Part shown: in pieces, positions 23,716 through 35,244 of the stretch | Numbering within the stretch: the first letter of the stretch is position 1 | Layout of the letters: every line of letters starts with the position of its first letter | Origin: Porphyridium purpureum | Taxonomy: Eukaryota | NCBI GenBank assembly: GCA_008690995.1 | Contig: VRMN01000019.1 | Location: 124,001-188,000 of the forward strand | Reading direction: 5' to 3' | Length of the DNA: 64,000 nt | Notes under the pieces: generated by a model | Seen by the model: only the letters and a program-made list of their open reading frames with translations | Told to the model about the DNA's origin: nothing | Databases searched by the model: none | Made by a program: the position numbers and the translations under genes

Positions 23716-26700
23716 CGGTGTGCGACGTGGCCCACGGGCTTCGGTGACGAGATACCTTTGGGTCTCGACACCTGCTCGGGTGTTCACGTCATGAAGGATA
23801 AGGGGTTAGTCCATCGGGTAAAGAAAATTGACGAGTATTTGCTGCTGTCCGGAATTGACGCGCGGGCGAGCGAGCTGGCCATCGGGCACGGCGGTAATAC
23901 GGCCTTCGGCATGGCGTACGTCAACGAGAACCTTGCAGGCAACGTGCTGTCTATGACCAAGCTGGTCGCGGAAGGGCATGATGTACGCTTCGACGAGGAT
24001 GAGAACCGCTTCCGCGTACGCGTGCCGAACTCCAAGCGCTGGCTGGTCTTCGCGCCCGATGCACACGGAATGTACACTGCGGTGGTACGGCGTGCAGATC
24101 TCGTGCACACGACGGGTCCAGCATACAACAAGGCAACCACGAATAAGGACAAGCGGAACAGCTGCCGGGCCGGTCCATCGTCTGCCAAGGCTTGAACCTC
24201 AAGCACAATCACGACGGTCGCCAGCAACCTTGCCCGATGCACGGTACGCGAGGTTGAACGCGCACGCGCCGCTCGCTCTCTGCAGGCGAGGCTGGGATTC
24301 CCATCCTTTGGTGTGCTGAAGCGCATGTTACAGCGCGGGGACATAAGCAACTGTGACGTCACGTCGGCGGACCTCGAGCGTGCGAATGCAATCTGGGGTA
24401 CTCCACTGCCGTGTGTGAAGGGAAAGACAACGGGACACGCGACACCGAGGCTGTCTGAAGCGGTCGCCACTGGTCCCAAAGCGCGCCAGGTGATGCACTC
24501 CGACCTGATGTTCATCTCGAAGGTGCCTTTCCTCGTGTCGGTCTTGAAACCGAGTCAATACATCCTGGCCACCGAGCTGAAGCGGAAGGACGCGCCTTCG
24601 GTGCGCGCGGCGGTGCAGCGGCAGTTGAACGAGGCCCGCGGGTATGGAGTGCAGATACCTGAGATTCGGTTCGACCGTGAAAGTGCAGTCCTGTCGCTCT
24701 GGATCGAGTTGATGCAGGCCGGCATCCTGCCCGAGCTAACCGCGGCAGACGAGGTGGTGCCCGCCGCTGAGCGAGCGATTCGCCTTCTACAGGAAAGGGT
24801 CCGCACATTGTCGTACGACCTGCCGTACACCATGCCATTATGCATGCTGCCGGGAGCCGTGGAGTTCTCTCATCAGAGACTGAAAATGGTGACGAGCGAG
24901 GCCTCCGACGCGGGCGAACCGGCGCACGCCATCTACTTTGGTCGTGAAGTAGACGCGAAGACGGACCTACGTGCTCCATTCGGGGCGTACGTCCAGGCAC
25001 ATACAGCGTCCGTGGACAGCACGATGAGACCCAGAACGTTGGGTTGTCTCACCCTGCACTCCGCCGAGAATGCTGCGGGAAGCTGGGTGCTCATGAATCT
25101 GAACACACTGAAGCCCATCGTCAGACAGGTGTGGACAGAGCTCCCGGTACCGGACCACCTGATCACGTACGTAAATGCGCTCCCAACCGTGGCAGGCATC
25201 GACGATGGCGATCAGGACCTCGGCCGCACGGAGGTGGAACTCTCGCAGGAGGAAGACAAAGAGACGGCGGAGGTCGAGGCGGCGCTAAAAAACGGCGGGC
25301 CGGTCGACGAGCCAGCGGCGGAGGCGCACACGTATCTGGACCAGCCAGAAGACGCAGTACTGCGTGAACAGGCGCAGACTCCGACACACGCCGACACCGA
25401 TCACCCCGCACCGGCGGGCGCCGACGTGCTGAGTAAGGATGAGTCACCGTCCACTCCCACGCAGTTGCGCATGGAAGAGATGCGACGTGCAGCGGATTCA
25501 CTCTTCGAGGCGGGGCGAGCAATGACGCCAGCGATTGCGGAAGCGACCGGCGAGGGTCTGCCAAGCACGGACGCAGTACTGCCGGAGCCGCTTATCGTGG
25601 CAGAATCTGTGGAAACCCATGTGCCCGAGGAAGAGGCGTCGACTGATCCACCCGCTACTGCCGCACGGCCGCACGGCGACGCCACAATCACCAGTCCGGA
25701 CGCTTCAGACGGCGAAGCGGCCTTGACCCCCTCGGTCGCCGAGGTGACAATGGAACAGGCCAAAGCGCGGGTGGAAGCAATTGAAGAGAAGCTGCGAGCG
25801 CTGGAGGAACGCGAGGCGCGTCTGCTGAGTCAGATGACCACGCAGCCATCGTACGCGGACGCCGTCCGAAATGCGGTACCGCGCACGAGCGAAGCCGAGC
25901 ATGCCCGCGCCGTCAGCTCTCCGCGTCGGACACGGAAGCGGAAAGCAGAAGGGACATTCCCGGACGTCGAGCGCGAAAAGAATGAGCGGCTATTGCGCCG
26001 CGAGAAGGAACGCCTGCGTGTACGGCGTGCCCCGGAGGTCGTGGTCGCCCTGAAACGAGAGGCGGAAGGCTTACTATCTTCTGCGATGCCGGGAACGCGC
26101 AGACACAAAACGCTGAGGATCGGCGTACGCCAGGCGATACGCCAGTACGGTATGGAGGGACTCAATGCGATTGTTGCTGAGCTGTTGCAGCTGTCCAAGC
26201 ACGGTCTGGACGTGCTGGAGCCGGTCCACGTGCACACGCTCACGAAGTAACAACGAGACGGGATCACACCGTCGTTCATGTTCGTGAAGGAGAAGCACGA
26301 TGCTTCAGGCGCCTTGGAGAAAATCAAAGCACGAATGGTGGCCGGCGGAAACGAGCAAGATCGATCGGAGTACTCCGACTGTTCGTCTCCCACGGTGGCG
26401 ACCGAGGCTATCTTCCTACTGGCAGCCGAGGCAGCGAGAAGCGGTGCCGCAGTCGCCACGATTGATTTCCCCGGGGCGTTTCTCAATGCAAACATCCCCG
26501 ACAGCGACCCACACACGTACGTGAGGATCAACAGAAACCTGACCGGGCTGCTCGCCGCCGTAGACAAGCGCATGAAGCAGTTCGTCAAGAACGGCGTTCT
26601 GGTCTGCAGGCTGAAGCGCCCGCTGTACGGATGCATCGATGCGTCTAAGCGTTGGTATGACCACCTCTGCGAGATGTTTAGCGAGCTCGGAATCGAACAG

Positions 26701-27774
26701 AACGCTTACGGCGCTTGTGTCTTGCGCAAAGTCTCCCGTACGGGTGAGCCTTCCGTCACAGCGCTTGTGCACGTGGACGACGTGAAGCTGATCGCAGAAA
26801 GCGAGCAAGCGATTGATGGAGTGGTGGCGCGCGTACGCGAAAGGTTTCCGTCGTTGCAGGAGCACCGAGGGCGCACACACAGCTACCTGGGGATGGAGTT
26901 TGACTATACCTCCTCGGGGGTAGTGCGCATCGGGATCGGCGGGTTTGTAGACTCTTTACTGCGAGAGAATGACGTACGCGGTACCGCAGACACGCCCGCT
27001 CAAGCCGGGTTGTTCGTGGATGACGAGTCGCGGTCACTGACGTCGCACGACAAGGAGGCGTTCCACAGCGCCACCGCAAAGGTACTATACCTCGCGAAGC
27101 GCATACGCCCGGACCTGCTCACTGCGGTTGCGTTTCTGGCTACGCGAGTGCAGGCGCCGGGCGAGAATGACCGCGCGAAGCTGACCCGCCTGCTGAGGTA
27201 CCTCAACAAGACGCGAGACATGAGGCTGGAGCTGGGCACGGGTTGCGCTGCAGACGAGCGCGAGCCCGATTGCGCGAGCCATGCAATGCCGCACGTAGAG
27301 TGCTATGTCGACGCCTCATTCGCGACACATGCGAACATGAGGAGCCACACGGGTGGCGTTGTGAGTTTGGGCCGCGGCGCGGCATACGCCACCAGTGTCA
27401 AGCAAAAGCTCAACACAAAGAGCTCCACTGAAGCGGAACTGGTGGGCGTGAGCGATGTGATCGGGCAAGCGATATGGACGCGGAACTTCCTCGAGGCGCA
27501 GGGCATCCGCACAGCTGGCGTACGCCTACACCAGGACAACGAGGCGACCATGTCTCTCCTTGCACACGGTCGAGCGACCTCGCGGAGATCGCGCCACATC
27601 GCGATTAAACACTTCTTCACGCACGATCTGCTGAAGAGGCGAGTCGCGACGATGGTACATTGTAGTACCGAGGTCATGATCGCGGACCTGCTGATCAAAG
27701 CGCTGCAGGGAAAGAGGTTCGCACACCTCCGTGATATGATCCTCAGGCGTGCGCCGACAGCGCAAGAACCGTAG
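23716..27774 (+). pseudogene. Pol (PR-INT-RT-RNase H), in frame with gag, with internal stops at 24193 and 26248
   Basis: PR LDTCSGVHV; INT HSDLMF / FDRE / AERAIR; RT IKARMVAGG, DFPGAFLNA, LYGC, HVDD; RNase H YVDASFA, SSTEAE, QDN, ADLL. Confidence 0.9.
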
Positions 27775-27860
27775 GGCGTACGCATCGTCTCGCGTGACTC
27801 GCTTCGCCGTCGGGTGGCTCGTGTGGAGTGGGTGGTAGCTTCCATCGCGGCGAAGGAGTG

Positions 27861-28130
27861 TGTAGTGTACACTGGGTGTACACCTCGTGGATGTGTACAG
27901 TATGGGTAGAAGAGCGAGCCGCGATTGTAAGCGGCCGGAGAGCGCGGACGGTCTCACTAGCCCGCTCTTTCGGGTAAGGAGTGTTTTCTTGGAGCGTGCT
28001 CGTCGACTACCAATAAAGCTGTGTTTGTTGGTTACTGCGGCACTGCCACACCCTTCACGCGCACACGAACAGCGCGTACGCGTGAGCTCGATCGCCGCAC
28101 CACTCCGTTGGCCATCGAGGACGACGTATT
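27861..28130 (+). repeat. 3' LTR, main part (last 8 nt displaced to 28773-28780)
   Basis: Matches the 5' LTR; AATAAA at 28012-28017. Confidence 0.93.
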
Positions 28131-28767
28131 TGTTGTTATTCGTTCTCCGCTGGGGTAATGTAAGCACAAGAGATTTCTAGCAGCAAACACCGTTTATACC
28201 CACAGGGACTAAAAGTATGATTTCACTCCTTCCAACCGTAACTACGGACTCCTCCCTTTCGCAGAGCGACGCCTTCTGTCGCCCTTTTTTATACTGCGAC
28301 CGACGCACCTCCGGGAGCGCAAGAGGGCGCCGGGCGGCCGCTCCCAGCGAATCATTTAACGCCTCATTGCTAATGTTATCCGTTCGACCCCAGTCACCTA
28401 GAACGGTTCGGTTAATCCGAAACCGGTAAGCCGCTAAGCCGGTAGACCGTTTAACCGTTTCTAGAAGCTTCTAGAGGTTCCAGAACCTTCTAGACGCGCG
28501 CAGAAATGTCAATGATTTGCATTGTCATTTCTCTTGGCGCCTTGCTGTCCCTGGCGGAAGTAAGGGTATAAAAAGGCGACGCGCCTGCCCGGACTAGCCG
28601 GTCAGGTCTTGCTCGAAGACAGAAGAGGTAAGACGCAGAGAGTAAAAAAGGCACAGCATTGGTAACAGCTAACGCCATCAAAGGCATCCACGGACCAGTG
28701 TCCGCAGTCCATACCTTCCCACCTCAGTACAGCAAATGTGTACAGTGGTCCGCCACATTACTCCACA
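28131..28767 (+). mobile_element. 637-bp solo LTR inserted in the 3' LTR, TSD GTATT
   Basis: TG...CA ends; GTATT at 28126-28130 and 28768-28772; host LTR resumes with CCTCTACT; TATAAAA near 28567. Confidence 0.88.
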
Positions 28768-28787
28768 GTATTCCTCTACTGGCTCAC

Positions 28788-29038
28788 TGTTGGCTTCAGC
28801 CCGATTATGGAACCTAGGTACTGTTGTGGACATGTGCGCCGCTGGATGTGGCCACCGTTTGGCTAAGCATTCAGTGTCCGATAAAAGGACTAGCGCGTCC
28901 GTCATAGCGGCCGTGGGCTGGGGCTGCCGGGTAAGGAGTGTGTTTTGTTTGTTTCCCGACAGACCTTAGCAGATAAACATTGTTGTTGCATCTCCTTCGT
29001 GTTTGACCAGGGCGCTCGGAGCGGGGTTTACACCTACA
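28788..29038 (+). mobile_element. 251-bp solo LTR, TSD CTCAC
   Basis: TGTTGG...CCTACA ends; CTCAC at 28783-28787 and 29039-29043; removing it restores a sequence matching 21548-21607. Confidence 0.85.
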
Positions 29039-29355
29039 CTCACTCCGCTTACCGGAGCAGAACACCCGCGCTCGATACTGGGGTACAGCTTCAATTCCCA
29101 ATCACGGTTTCTACTGTACCGCGCCGCGCTTGAATCGGTTTAAACGGTTCACCGACTTGGCGTTTCCGGGGGGCGCGTATCTTGGGCGCAGCGGACGTTT
29201 GCGACGCGGCTGTGGTGGCATGAGCTGTGCGTGCGGCGAGGACGTCCGCTCAGAAAGCGCGCGCTAGGACTGCAGACGCGCAGCGCCTTCCAGCAACGTG
29301 GTTTCGACGCGGCATTTGTCTTTTCCGTGTTTCTCTTTTGTTGTGTAAATCCGAA

Positions 29356-29637
29356 ATGTCCGCGGAGCCTGGCAGTGAGCCTGCTGCGCCATGCGGCAGC
29401 GACGTGCCCGTGGGTATGCCGGAAGATGAGCATGGGACGGCTCCTCCGCCGCGGATTGATACAATGCCGCGCGCTCACCGGCTTATATCACGCGTGGACT
29501 CGCTAGTCCGCAAGGGCCTGAATGCGCCGGCAGCCTTGTACGAAAACTTGAACGATGTCTCGCACACCAGCGACGACCACGACGACCGCGACGACCGCGG
29601 CGAGACCAGCACTGCGCGCTCGAATCATTCTGACCAT

Positions 29638-29672
<35 letters not shown>

Positions 29673-32214
29673 GCAGCGGCGGCAGTCAAATGCAGATGAA
29701 GAAGTCAAATTTGTGACCGATGTGTTTGAAATGCACTCGCGCGGTACCCGACACAAGCTGCTGATGGAGACGTTCAGTGGGTCGCAGATGACGGGCGTGT
29801 TGGCCATTTTCACTGTGGGAATCCTGCTCAGCTTGTCCTTTGCCATTGTCATCGCGTTGTCAGACGTGGGTACCGGGAACAGTGCTTCGCTCGTCTACGA
29901 TGACGACCCAGATACTTCCGCGCAACTTGACACGCTGTTCAATCAGATAACTGGCAACTTGAACTTTCAGATCATCATGGGCTTCGTGGTGACCGGACTC
30001 TTCATTCTGGTCGGGCTCGACCTTCTGTTTGCGTGCTTGCGTGCACCGAAAGCAGTTCGGCTTCCGCAGCAGCTCCTCATTCTCGGCATCTTGCCTTTCA
30101 TAATTATGGGGGCAGTTCCCTTCAGAACCCTCTCAGTGAAAAAACTTTTTGAAGAGACCGACTTTTCGAGCGGCGATAGGACGTACGAATCACTGTCAGA
30201 GGTGCTGCAAGCGGAACAGGGCGGGTCGAGAAGTCTGCCTCGGCTCGCGCAGGCATTCTATGCCTTATATCAGGGTGTTGTTATGTTCTATATGCTTGTC
30301 AAGCCGCGCATGCTAGGCAGCATTGCACCTGTGCCGATCAGCTCGTTCGTGTTAATAGCCGTATGCTGCTCTCTCTACGTGGTAACGCTTTGTATTTCGA
30401 CAGTCTACATGGAGCTCATCACGAACTTGCCGGTATTCTGTGGGTTTTTCCGCGTCATTCGGTGCCTGACCATTGGCATCAACAGCGAAGGGCCTAATGT
30501 GTCTGTGTTTACCTTTTGTGTGCTGCTCTTCCTTGCGTTGATTGAGATCAGTTTTATGGTGACAATTTTTATGGAGATTAGCCGCGCCGAGTTTGAGCTA
30601 CGCGGGTGTGTATACCAGCTCTTCCGGGCACAGTCGCTCGCGCTTTCGATGCTGAAAGTGAATACCTGGCAGCTTGTCATAACGTCATGGATCTGCACCG
30701 CGATCCAGTTCTCGAGTGTCAACGAAGAGGAGGCGCAGCTCTTTCTCAATGCCACAGGGCGACTTTTTACCGATGAAGTTCGCTTCTCGGCCGCGAGTTT
30801 CACCTACCTTGCGTTTCTTTTTGTCGAGGTAATCCTGTCATACCCGGCTACCGCAAAGCGCATTTTGCTGATCCCTCTGAAAAGGGTCGTTCAGATGCAA
30901 GCAGGCCTCGAATGGAAGGCGCGCATGAGTCACGACAGCGATGGGAATGTCATTTGCGAGCCACGAGTTCTGGTTCTAGAAATGTTGACCCTCATGATGA
31001 ACTTTTCTGCTTTGGCATACAAGTTTGGGAGCGCATCTCTAGATGAAGCTGGCGAAGCAGAGCTTGATCACCGTGCACAATCGGACCTCGGCGTGCTGAC
31101 AAAAAATAAGTTTCGCCTCGTGCATCATATGCAGCATGGAGAATCAGACACTCACGGTATTGTGTGCGAGGCGGACGATTGCATTGTGGTCGCGTTCCGC
31201 GGCACAAAGTCGGCACAGAACATCAAGTCAGATTTGCGTGCAGCAAGCGTGAGTCTGAAAAAAGTGCTGGGGACCACTGCTCGTGCTGGCCAAGGGCATA
31301 CTAGCACGCAGGACATTCAAAGTCGGTCATTTGAAGAAGTGCTAAGCCGGGTATCGATTCCAGAAGCTGGACATCTCCGTTTGAGCAAATGTACCGACCT
31401 GAGTGAGGATATTGCTGTGTTGCGAGACGCGTACGACCATGCGCACGAGCGCTTTTGCCGTGTGCATGGGGGGTTCGCGGACGCCTATATTTCAGTGCGC
31501 GACGAGGTGGCGGTGCTGGTCCAAGTGTTACTGGCCATCAAACAACGGCCCGTGTTTGTGACGGGCCACTCGTTGGGCGGTGCACTGGCAACATTGTGTG
31601 CGTACCATCTCAGCAAAGTCTGCAGCGAGAGCGTGCGGGAGAAGCTTGTTTTAGTGACCTGTGGATCACCGCGCGTGGGTAATTTTTTCTTCAACCGTCG
31701 CTTCAAGGAGCGCGTACCGAACGCTTGGCGCATCCATGTGGAGCGTGATCCGGTTCCGCGAGTCCCGAAAGCGCCGTACATGCACGTGGGCACTCAAGTG
31801 ATTCTGCGCGTCGACGGCGAGATTGTGGCTGATCCTGGGATTGTCGAGGAGCTGCACTTCAAGCGGCAGCGCATCAAGGTGGCGCACCACCGGATGTGGA
31901 TATACCGCGGCATTGTGGAGGCGTTCTGCTCGCTGTACACGAGTCCTGGCTTTGTACCAGATATCTGGATCATGGGCGAAGCGTGCCCGGACGAGCTGCG
32001 CAAGGCAGTTCGGCCGCCGGCGGACAAATTTCGCAATGCGCAGCTGCTCAAAGTCGAGACGCTCATTCGCGAGCACATGGAATTCGGCGACCTGTACGAA
32101 ACGTTCCATGCGACGATATCTGAAAGCGCGGCGTGCAACTGGAGATCTCTCGTGGACCATCTCCTCGAGCATGACGAACACCCGACCAACCCACGTGCGC
32201 ACACGCAAACATGA
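29356..32214 (+). CDS. Multi-TM membrane protein fused to a class 3 lipase domain (paralogue 1)
   Basis: Many hydrophobic segments, then IVVAFRGT, VHGGF, VTGHSLGGALA, GSPRVGN, DPVPRVP, HVG and HH. Confidence 0.88.
29638..29670 (+). repeat. (CAG)11 encoding polyglutamine
   Basis: Read directly; in frame within lipase paralogue 1. Confidence 0.9.
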
Positions 32215-32571
32215 AAGAAACTGCATCCAGCTACATCTACTCCTCGTACATATATACTAGACGCAATCTGCTGTGTTTGTCTTCCCCACATAACATGCTG
32301 CCGCGCCTTCCCCTGCTCCTGGCGCGCCACTTCAAGCAGCGTGAGCAGCGTGCGTCCCGCGCGCGTCACGCGTGTGTCAAACACTCTTCTATCAAATCCG
32401 CGCGTTTTACTAGAGACTTAAGAGGTACACTTCTCTCAGCTGTACATCCTTTTTTATCCTTCTTTTTTAACTCTTTTTTTCACCCCGGTGGCGCATTTGT
32501 TCGCGGCAAAGAGACAAAGAGCGCGAGACGCCAGAGGAAAAGAAGCCGGTGGCGTCCGCCTGCATGCGGCC

Positions 32572-35244
32572 ATGGAGGGCAGTGACGGTGCGCGCACCGC
32601 GGTGCGCGGCGCCATGGACGCGGATGAAGAGGCCGGCGTCGATGGAGTCGAGGGTGCCGACCGCTTGTCGGAAATGCACGACCCAGAAACCGACCACGAG
32701 CATTTGATTGGCCGCGTCGACTCGTTGGTTGGCCGCGGCGCGCAAAAGGTGGAACAGCTGCATGCAGAGCTGTGGGGTGAGGATAACCGCACGACAGAGC
32801 TGAACACGTTTGTCACAGATGTGTTTGAGATGCACTCGCGCGGCGCAACGCACAAGTTGCTCATGCAGACGTTCAGCGGGCGCCAAATGTCGTGGATTTG
32901 GCTGGCGTGGGCTCTCGGTATTCTGTTGAGTCTGGTCTTTTCAATTCTGGTGGCCTTTACAGGAGAGAATGGAGGGACTTTGACAGTCGTTTCCGGGCCA
33001 AATGGTGAGACACAGTCGTACAGCGAAATTCTCACCTCAGTGATACAGAATCTGAGCTTTCAGGTCATTATGGGCTGGCTCATTGCTGCCTGCTTCGCTT
33101 TCTTATGGTTCGACATGTTGCTCAACTGGCTGAAAGCGCCGCGGAGGATACGCGTGCCGCAGCAACTGCTTGTTCTGTGCCTACTGCCCCTGTTTGTGCT
33201 CAGCAGCATCCCATACCGCGCCATCCGGTATCGGCAGCTCTTTGATGAAAGTCCTTCTGGGGACGTTTCCATCGGGAGCCTGGCCGCGGCTCTGCAAATA
33301 GACCAGTCGAGCATCGATGATGCGCTGCGCGTCGTCGGCCAGGTATTCTATTCACTCATCTATGGCGCTTTTGCATTCTACATCATAGCCAAGCCGATAT
33401 TGCTACGCAGGGTCTCAAGGACAAGGAAACGCAAGTACGTCCTGCTGGGAGCCATGTGCACGCTGTACTCGACCGCCATTTGCCTGTTCACATTATGCAT
33501 GTCGATCGGAACCAACGCGCCTCCATTCTGTGCGTGGCTACGCGTCATTCGCTGTTTCCAGGTCGGCATCGGCACTGGACCGGGAAGCTTGAGCGGGTTT
33601 CAGTTCGGGGTGTGTGTTTTCCTCGCGCTATGTGATTTCGCGTTCTTGCTTGCCTCGCTGGGTGAAGTTCGAAGGTCGGAAATCGTGTTGCGCAGCGTCG
33701 TCTATCATCTTTTTCGCGCGGATGTCCTTGCGCTCTCCTTTTTCAAAATTGGCCTTCATTTGCTTGTTGTTTGGTCTTGGGTTTGTACGAGCATCCAGTT
33801 TGCGCCGATTCCCAGTGAAGATGTTATCGTCATGCTCAGAATATCCGGTCGTTTGTTCACTGATGAGCTGCGCTTTCCATCAGCCACGTTTGCCTTCTTG
33901 GCGTTCATGTTCATTGAGGTTATTTTGTCATATCCCGCGAGCGCAACGCGAATTTTTCTGGTCGTCCCCTTGCGTCGCCTTGTGACGCACGGGCGCGCGC
34001 TTGAGTGGAAGGCGCGCATGAGCCGCGACGATGAGACAGGCAACGTGATCGTCGACCCTTCTGAATTTGTGCTCGAATTGCAGATCCTCCTAATGAATTT
34101 TGCAGCCTTTGCGTACGACTTTGGCGTCGCGGGTAAAACGCCCCGGGACGTGAGCGTGCTTTCCAATGGTACGTACAAGCTGGTGGCGCACATCAGCAAT
34201 GCAGTGACAGACACGCATTGTATTGTTTGTGAGGCAGACGATAGCATCGTGGTGTCATTCCGCGGCACTCTATCTGCGCAAAACGTCAAGACAGACATAC
34301 GGGCGGGCCCGCTTCACGTACGCCATATTCTTGACCTTGACAGCAAGAGTCTTCAGTTTGACAACGGAGCGTGCGCGTCGGACAGTAGCAGTCCACGCTC
34401 AAGACAGAACGTTTCGGAGGGTCTTGACAAAAAATTGCTCCATCGGCTCGACCTGCTGCAATTTATGAGTGAAGATCTGGATCGTCGCGTGGTCAAAGTG
34501 TACGACCACGCAACTGAAAAATACTGCCGCGTCCATGCAGGGTTTGGCGAGGCGTACGTTTCAGTGCATCAGGATGTCATCGTTCTGGTGCAGCTCCTAC
34601 TTTTGGCGAAAGAGCGGCCTGTGTTTGTCGCCGGCCATTCGCTCGGCGGCGCGCTGGCCACATTGTGCGCATACCATCTTAGCAAAGTCAGTCAAGAAAG
34701 CGTGCGGGACAAAATTGTGCTTGTGACATGTGGTTCCCCGCGCGTGGGAAACTCAGCCTTCGCCCACCACTTTCACGAGCGCGTCAAAAACGTGTGGCGA
34801 ATCCACGTCGAGGGCGACCCGGTACCGCGAATGCCAAAGCTACCGTACTTACATGTGGGCGCAGAGCTGATCCTGCGTATCGACGGCGAAATAGTGGCAG
34901 ATCCGACACTGGTCGAGTCGGTCCAGTTCAGAAGGCAACCCATCAAGGTCGCTCACCATCGGATGTGGGTTTATCGCGGAATTGTGCAGACCTTTTGCGA
35001 ACTGTACACGGCGCCGGGCTTTATTCCCGACATGTGGGACCTCGGCGAGTTCCCCGAAGAATTTTTAAAAGCCGTGCGGCCGTCTGAGGAGAAAATTCGG
35101 AATGCCCAGCTGCTCAAACTTGAACGCATCATTCGCGAGCGGTCAGAGTTTGAAATACTGTTTCAAGCGTTCAAGACACAGCTGCCAGACCATGTGTCTT
35201 CCAGATGGAAAACTCTTATCGCGGCCTTGCTTGCTTCTGGCTGA
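32572..35244 (+). CDS. Multi-TM membrane protein fused to a class 3 lipase domain (paralogue 2)
   Basis: Collinear with paralogue 1 (shared FVTDVFEMHSRG, GRLFTDE, LEWKARMS); VAGHSLGGALA and DPVPRMP. Confidence 0.88.
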   Translation: MEGSDGARTAVRGAMDADEEAGVDGVEGADRLSEMHDPETDHEHLIGRVDSLVGRGAQKVEQLHAELWGEDNRTTELNTFVTDVFEMHSRGATHKLLMQTFSGRQMSWIWLAWALGILLSLVFSILVAFTGENGGTLTVVSGPNGETQSYSEILTSVIQNLSFQVIMGWLIAACFAFLWFDMLLNWLKAPRRIRVPQQLLVLCLLPLFVLSSIPYRAIRYRQLFDESPSGDVSIGSLAAALQIDQSSIDDALRVVGQVFYSLIYGAFAFYIIAKPILLRRVSRTRKRKYVLLGAMCTLYSTAICLFTLCMSIGTNAPPFCAWLRVIRCFQVGIGTGPGSLSGFQFGVCVFLALCDFAFLLASLGEVRRSEIVLRSVVYHLFRADVLALSFFKIGLHLLVVWSWVCTSIQFAPIPSEDVIVMLRISGRLFTDELRFPSATFAFLAFMFIEVILSYPASATRIFLVVPLRRLVTHGRALEWKARMSRDDETGNVIVDPSEFVLELQILLMNFAAFAYDFGVAGKTPRDVSVLSNGTYKLVAHISNAVTDTHCIVCEADDSIVVSFRGTLSAQNVKTDIRAGPLHVRHILDLDSKSLQFDNGACASDSSSPRSRQNVSEGLDKKLLHRLDLLQFMSEDLDRRVVKVYDHATEKYCRVHAGFGEAYVSVHQDVIVLVQLLLLAKERPVFVAGHSLGGALATLCAYHLSKVSQESVRDKIVLVTCGSPRVGNSAFAHHFHERVKNVWRIHVEGDPVPRMPKLPYLHVGAELILRIDGEIVADPTLVESVQFRRQPIKVAHHRMWVYRGIVQTFCELYTAPGFIPDMWDLGEFPEEFLKAVRPSEEKIRNAQLLKLERIIRERSEFEILFQAFKTQLPDHVSSRWKTLIAALLASG

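Larger units (their letters stand above)
22280..28780 (+). mobile_element. Full-length Ty1/copia LTR retrotransposon with TSD GGCTC
   Basis: GGCTC at 22275-22279 and 28781-28785; 278-bp LTRs; PPT-like GGCGAAGGAGTG before 27861; Gag-PR-INT-RT-RH in one reading frame from 22606 to 27774. Confidence 0.95.

Noticed and set aside
22606..27774. Alternative genetic code explaining the in-frame stops
   Set aside because: Host genes in the window end normally at TGA, TAA and TAG and have no internal stops.
28941..29093. Alternative LTR (TG...CA after a PPT-like tract)
   Set aside because: No TSD; boundaries 28788-29038 with TSD CTCAC explain the region and restore the empty site.
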